NCBI GenBank assembly: GCA_049967655.1
Contig: JBMFSH010000005.1
Span: 17,165-29,165, forward strand
DNA length: 12,001 nt
Origin: Acidobacteriota bacterium
GTDB taxonomy: Bacteria > Acidobacteriota > UBA4820 > DSQY01
Direction: 5' to 3'
Every line of letters starts with the position of its first letter. The stretch's first letter is position 1. Of the stretch, positions 8,060 to 12,001 are shown one piece after another. A model generated the notes under the pieces. The model was not told where the DNA came from and searched no databases. It worked only from the letters and a program-made list of their open reading frames with translations. A program made the translations under genes and the position numbers.

Positions 8060-9000
8060 ACCATCCGGCGAAGGTCCTGGGCGAAGAGCTCTCGGCGGCC
8101 AGGAAGGCCAAAGGGCTCAGTCTGGAAGACGTATCTAGGGCCACGAAGATTCGGAAGCCGATCCTGCTCGCGTTGGAGGAGGGCCGGCTGGAGGATCTCC
8201 CGCCCGCGGTCTTCCTGGCTGGGCACCTGAGGGCTTACGCGGCGGTTCTGGAGCTAGATGGAGAACCCTACGTGGAGCGACTCCGGCAGCTTACGTGCGC
8301 TCCGCCGGCGGAGCGCCGCTCGGAAGAGGCACCTGCTGCCCACCGCTTCCGCGTGCGGCCAGTCCTTCTCGCCGTTTTGCTAGTCATTCTGGCGGCAGGC
8401 GGCGCCGGCTGGGTCTGGGTGCACTATGGGGAAGGAGGAAAGCGGCGCGCGCCGGAAGGTGCATCCCTCGCCGGCGGCCCCCGGGAGCCCTCCCCATCAC
8501 CGCCCGCCGCGGTCCCCGAGACACCCCACATGGGGCAGGCCAAGGAGGGCGGAGCGACGCCCACCAAGCAGGCCGCCCCGGAAACGGCGGTTCAGGCCGC
8601 CCCTTCGCCGCGTGCCCCGGCAACGGTTCCGGAGACCAGCGTCGAAGCGCCCGTAAAGCCGGCTTCCGAGCCCGCCGTATCCACCGGCGCGGAGCCTGCG
8701 GCCGCCACCACGCCAGCGGAGACGCCAGCCGCCGTTCCGGTGGCGCAGGGCGACCTTGTCATCGTCTGCAGCAAGCCCTGCTGGCTTGCCCTGTGGGCCG
8801 ATGGGCAAAGGAAGATCTACCGCCAATTGAGGGCCGGGGAGACGGTGGCACTCAACGGGAAGCGGTTCAGGGCCGACATTGGCGACCCTTCGGCACTCTC
8901 CATCACCTTCCAGGGCCGCAGCGTGGCACTCCCGGGTGCTCCCGGAAAGCCCCTCAAAAACTTCCAGATTCCTTCTGAAACTCAGCCTCAGACGCCATGA
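8056..9000 (+). CDS. rodZ: RodZ-like cytoskeletal membrane protein (HTH_25, TM helix, Pro/Ala linker, DUF4115-like domain), 314 aa
   Basis: LGEELSAARKAKGLSLEDVSRATKIRKPILLALEEG...LPPAVFLAGHLRAYAAVLELD is the RodZ N-terminal HTH. TM segment VLLAVLLVILAAGGAGWVWV. C-terminal PCWLALWADG...LRAGET...IGDPSALSITFQG. The GTG start at 8056 overlaps the upstream stop (GTGA). Confidence 0.88.
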   Translation: MNHPAKVLGEELSAARKAKGLSLEDVSRATKIRKPILLALEEGRLEDLPPAVFLAGHLRAYAAVLELDGEPYVERLRQLTCAPPAERRSEEAPAAHRFRVRPVLLAVLLVILAAGGAGWVWVHYGEGGKRRAPEGASLAGGPREPSPSPPAAVPETPHMGQAKEGGATPTKQAAPETAVQAAPSPRAPATVPETSVEAPVKPASEPAVSTGAEPAAATTPAETPAAVPVAQGDLVIVCSKPCWLALWADGQRKIYRQLRAGETVALNGKRFRADIGDPSALSITFQGRSVALPGAPGKPLKNFQIPSETQPQTP

Positions 9001-10178
9001 CGCACCCGCTCGTAGAACGGATCCTGGCTGGCGAGACCCAGCCACAGGTCAAAAGGGCCGCCGCCAAAGGCGCGTTGCCTCTATCCCGGGAGGAGTTCAT
9101 TGAACTCTGGGTCCTCCTCCGCAACGACGAGGATCCAGAGGTCCGGATCGCCTGCAAGGAGAGCCTCGCCGCCCTGAAGGAGGAGGAGTGGGACGCCCTC
9201 CTGCCCGGGTACGAGTTCCATCCGGAGGTCCTCGATTTTGCCATAAGAGTCCTGGGTAAGAACGAAGAGATCCGGCGGGCGGCTCTCAAGAACCGCGGGG
9301 TACCCATCGAGACGCTGGAATGGCTCGGGGAAACGGGGGGGGGCGAGATCATCGACCTCATGCTGGACAACCAGGTCCGACTTCTGCAGGAGCCCTCCAT
9401 CCTCGAGGCCATCCTGAGGAACCGCACCCTGGGCACGAGCCAGGTGAGAAGGATCTACGACCTGGTGGAGCAGTTCTTCCGGACCCATCCGCAGATTCCA
9501 GGCATGCTGGAGAGCCGATTCGGCCTAAAGCTCGGTGCCGCCGGGGGAGCGCTCACCATGAACGTGCCCGAAGCCGGGGGAGTCCCCGCCGGACCGGAGG
9601 CGGTTCGTCACCCCATTCAGCCGCCGGCCGCCCCAGGCATGGGGACGGAGGAGCCCGCGGGGGCGCAGGCTGGGCGCGATTATGAGGCCCTGGAGCTACC
9701 GCCCGAAGCGCTCGTGGAGGAGGAGCTGTCGACGGAGCAGTACAAGTCGCTCTACCAGCAGATCCTCACCATGTCCATTCCGGCGAAGATCGAGCTGGCG
9801 CTCAAGGGGAACAAGGAGGCGAGGGGCCTTCTGATCCGTGATAGCAACAAGGTGGTCCAGGAGGCCGTCCTGGACTCCCCCAAGCTGAGTGAGCTCGAGA
9901 TAGAGTCCTTTGCCCGTCAGCGCAACCTGCCCGAGGACCTGTTCCGAAAGATGGCGCGCAACAAGGAATGGACCAAGAGATACAGCGTTGTGAAATCCCT
10001 GGTCGCCAATCCCAAGGTGCCCATAGGCCTGGTTCTTCAGTTCCTGCCGAGGCTTACCGACCTGGACCTGAAGTTGACGATCAAGGACCGCAACATCAGC
10101 GAGGCCATCCGGCGCGAGGCGCGCAAACTCTGGGATGCACGCAATTCGAGGAAGGTGGCTTCCTACAAGAAGAAATAG
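8997..10178 (+). CDS. Uncharacterised alpha-helical repeat protein B (LRV/HEAT-like), 393 aa, paralogous to 7325..8059
   Basis: ATGA overlap with rodZ. Two helical domains joined by a Pro/Gly/Glu linker. The C-terminal domain (YQQILTMSIPAKIELALKGNKEARGLLIRDSNKVV...WTKRYSVVKSLVANPKVP...) aligns by eye with protein A. Confidence 0.88.
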   Translation: MTHPLVERILAGETQPQVKRAAAKGALPLSREEFIELWVLLRNDEDPEVRIACKESLAALKEEEWDALLPGYEFHPEVLDFAIRVLGKNEEIRRAALKNRGVPIETLEWLGETGGGEIIDLMLDNQVRLLQEPSILEAILRNRTLGTSQVRRIYDLVEQFFRTHPQIPGMLESRFGLKLGAAGGALTMNVPEAGGVPAGPEAVRHPIQPPAAPGMGTEEPAGAQAGRDYEALELPPEALVEEELSTEQYKSLYQQILTMSIPAKIELALKGNKEARGLLIRDSNKVVQEAVLDSPKLSELEIESFARQRNLPEDLFRKMARNKEWTKRYSVVKSLVANPKVPIGLVLQFLPRLTDLDLKLTIKDRNISEAIRREARKLWDARNSRKVASYKKK

Positions 10179-10198
10179 CGGGGGCCGGCGGCGCGGCC

Positions 10199-10228
10199 TT
10201 GCGGGATGGGGACGGCTTGAGCTAGAGT
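10199..10228 (+). promoter_or_regulatory. Candidate promoter producing a leaderless mRNA for the J-domain gene
   Basis: TTGCGG (10199-10204), 18-bp spacer, TAGAGT (10223-10228). ATG starts 7 nt after the -10 box and has no SD. Confidence 0.4.
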
Positions 10229-10235
10229 ACGAGCT

Positions 10236-10895
10236 ATGGATTGGAATGACCAGAACTACTACGAAGTGCTGGGAGTGAGCTCGCAGGCTCGGGACAGCGA
10301 GATACGAGCGGCCTTTCGAGACTTGGTGAAGGAGCATCACCCCGACAGGTTTACCGACCCGGCGAAAAAGGCCGAGGCCGAGGCGCTTCTGAAGCGCCTG
10401 ACGGAAGCCTTCAACACCATCGGCCGAAAAAGTCAGCGTGACGCCTACGACAAGTCGCTGGCCTCCTCGGCTCCCGCTCAAACGGCGCAGCGTTCCCCGC
10501 AGGAGATGGCCAGAGAGTACCTTCAGCAGGGAAGGGCGCGCCTGAAGTCGGGAGATTGGGCCGGTGCGCTCAGCGTCTTCGATCATCTGCTGCGCCAGGA
10601 TCCCGAGAACCCGCAAGCCCTCTTCCACGCGGGGATGATCCGACTGAGAAACCCCCGTTGGCGAACACTCGGAAGCCAGCAGGTGGAAAGGGCCATCGAA
10701 CTGGATCCCTTTTCCGCCGGTTTCGTCGTGGAGTACGCCCGGTTCCTCATGGAAAACGGTCAATCGATTCGCGCCCTTCGCCTTCTGGAGGCGTCCCAGA
10801 AGAACTATCCTACCGACGACAACATCAAGGCCCTCCTTGCCCAGCTCTCGGGCGACAAATCCTGGGGCCTCCCCCTCCTTGGAAAGAAAAAATGA
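10236..10895 (+). CDS. J-domain (DnaJ-like) protein with C-terminal TPR repeats, 219 aa
   Basis: NYYEVLGV...EIRAAFRDLVKEHHPDRF...LTEAFNTIG...RDAYD is a J-domain with an intact HPD motif. TPR-like units follow: YLQQGRARLKSGDWAGALSVFDHLLRQDPENPQALFHAG and VERAIELDPFS. Confidence 0.92.
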   Translation: MDWNDQNYYEVLGVSSQARDSEIRAAFRDLVKEHHPDRFTDPAKKAEAEALLKRLTEAFNTIGRKSQRDAYDKSLASSAPAQTAQRSPQEMAREYLQQGRARLKSGDWAGALSVFDHLLRQDPENPQALFHAGMIRLRNPRWRTLGSQQVERAIELDPFSAGFVVEYARFLMENGQSIRALRLLEASQKNYPTDDNIKALLAQLSGDKSWGLPLLGKKK

Positions 10896-11659
10896 TGATT
10901 ATGGAGGCCTCCGGCCTAACCGACGTGGGGCGCAAGCGAAGCAACAACGAGGACGCTTTCGCCATCCGCCCAGAGCTCAGACTTTACGTGGTGGCCGACG
11001 GGATGGGGGGCCACTCCTCGGGCGAGGTGGCGGCCCAGATAGCCGTCAATCAGATCGTGGCCTTCTTTGAGGTTCAGGATCTCTCGGAAGAGGCGACTTG
11101 GCCCTACCCCTCCTACGACGACGGCCTCTCGTTCGAAGGGAACAAATTGCGGACCGCCATTGCGCTTGCGAGCGAGCAGATTCAGAACTACTCCTCGGAG
11201 CATCCCGAATCGAGGGGTATGGGGACCACGGTCGTCGCGGCGCTCGTCGTGGGGGACAGGCTCATTATCGGGCACGTGGGCGACAGCAGGGCCTACCTCT
11301 ACTCCGGTGGCCAGCTCTCGGTTCTCACCATGGATCACTCATGGGTCAGCGAGCAGGTGAGGCTGGGTTTTTTGACCGAAGAGGAGGCGGCCCACCACCC
11401 GTTTCGGAACGTCATCACCAAGGCGCTCGGCACCAAGGACCAGGCGCAGGCGGACGTGCTCGAGATGGACGTGGCGGTAGGCGACCGGATCCTCTTGTGC
11501 AGCGATGGGCTGAACTCCATGGCCGCCGAGGAAGATATCGCCAGAACCCTTGCCCGCCGGGAGTCTCTCGAAGCGACGTGCCGTTCCCTCGTGGAGCTGG
11601 CCAATCAGAAGGGCGGCGAGGACAACGTCACCGTCATTCTGCTCGAGCGCCGGGCCTGA
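10892..11659 (+). CDS. PP2C/PPM-family Ser/Thr protein phosphatase (Stp1/PrpC type); start may be 10892, 10895 or 10901
   Basis: TDVGRKRSNNEDA, VVADGMGGH, GEVA, GMGTT, HVGDSRAY, LTMDHS, RNVITKALG, LLCSDGL and GGEDNVTV. ATGA overlap with the upstream stop. Confidence 0.96.
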   Translation: MMIMEASGLTDVGRKRSNNEDAFAIRPELRLYVVADGMGGHSSGEVAAQIAVNQIVAFFEVQDLSEEATWPYPSYDDGLSFEGNKLRTAIALASEQIQNYSSEHPESRGMGTTVVAALVVGDRLIIGHVGDSRAYLYSGGQLSVLTMDHSWVSEQVRLGFLTEEEAAHHPFRNVITKALGTKDQAQADVLEMDVAVGDRILLCSDGLNSMAAEEDIARTLARRESLEATCRSLVELANQKGGEDNVTVILLERRA

Positions 11660-11881
11660 GGCACTTCCTCAGCGTGGTGGCGGTCCCTCTTTGGCGTCGG
11701 CCCCTCCCTCGCCGGAGGAGCGAGCCTGCTCCTGTCGACCTTCTTGGCCCCCGGGTTGGGGCCCTGGACACACGAAGCCGTTCGCGTTCGCGCACGAGGC
11801 GAGGGAGGAGAAGTGCCCCTGCGCGGGTCTCTCTGGAGGCCTTAGGCCCGCCTCGCCGCGCGGCAGGCATGGCGCCCGAGG

Positions 11882-11910
11882 TTGACGTCCAGGGCGATCC
11901 TGCCTAGAAT
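11882..11910 (+). promoter_or_regulatory. Sigma70 promoter for tRNA-Leu
   Basis: TTGACG (11882-11887), 17-bp spacer, TAGAAT (11905-11910), followed by a GC-rich discriminator GGCCCC. The tRNA starts 9 nt after the -10 box. Confidence 0.8.
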
Positions 11911-11919
11911 GGCCCCCTG

Positions 11920-12001
11920 GCCGAAGTGGCGGAACCGGTAGACGCAGTGGACTCAAAATCCACCGGCCGCAAGACCATGGGGGTTCGAGTCCCCCCTTCG
12001 G
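11920..12001 (+). tRNA. tRNA-Leu(CAA), 3' end truncated by the window edge
   Basis: Acceptor GCCGAAG pairs with CTTCGG(C). D-arm TGGCGGAACCGGTAGACGC. Anticodon arm GTGGA-CTCAAAA-TCCAC with CAA at 11954-11956. Long variable arm. T-arm GGGGG-TTCGAGT-CCCCC. Confidence 0.97.

Noticed and set aside
6455..8226. Long antisense ORFs (490 aa and 309 aa) and other overlapping ORFs in the track
   Set aside because: They are shadow ORFs expected in high-GC DNA opposite well-supported genes and have no recognisable motifs.
10556..10891. 112-aa N-terminal extension of the PP2C ORF
   Set aside because: It lies inside the J-TPR gene in another frame, and the phosphatase motifs begin after 10892.
11634..11956. 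Small reverse-strand ORFs in the PP2C-tRNA gap
   Set aside because: They overlap the tRNA, its promoter or PP2C, have low-complexity Arg/Pro/Gly composition, and lack a convincing SD.
11920..12001. tRNA-Leu as an integration site for a genomic island
   Set aside because: No integrase or duplicated tRNA 3' end is visible, and the downstream side is outside the window.

Overview
GC-rich bacterial chromosomal window. Every complete gene is on the + strand, and no mobile element or CRISPR array was seen. The gene content suggests an Acidobacteriota or Myxococcota/Desulfobacterota-like host (inference). Block 1 has two divergent CheW-like genes, a 695-aa RomR-like response regulator, and valS. 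The regulator has a receiver domain, a roughly 400-aa acidic Pro-rich disordered linker, an array of 12-aa helical repeats and a RomR/PopZ-like C-terminal helix. Block 2 has its own near-consensus promoter overlapping the valS stop codon. It encodes a DUF4845-like pilin-like protein, an adenosine deaminase, helical-repeat protein A, a RodZ-like protein, paralogous helical-repeat protein B, a J-domain/TPR protein and a PP2C phosphatase. The window ends with a structured intergenic segment and a tRNA-Leu(CAA) with its own promoter. The most interesting signal is a putative cell-polarity/morphogenesis locus built around an expanded RomR/PopZ-like polar scaffold.
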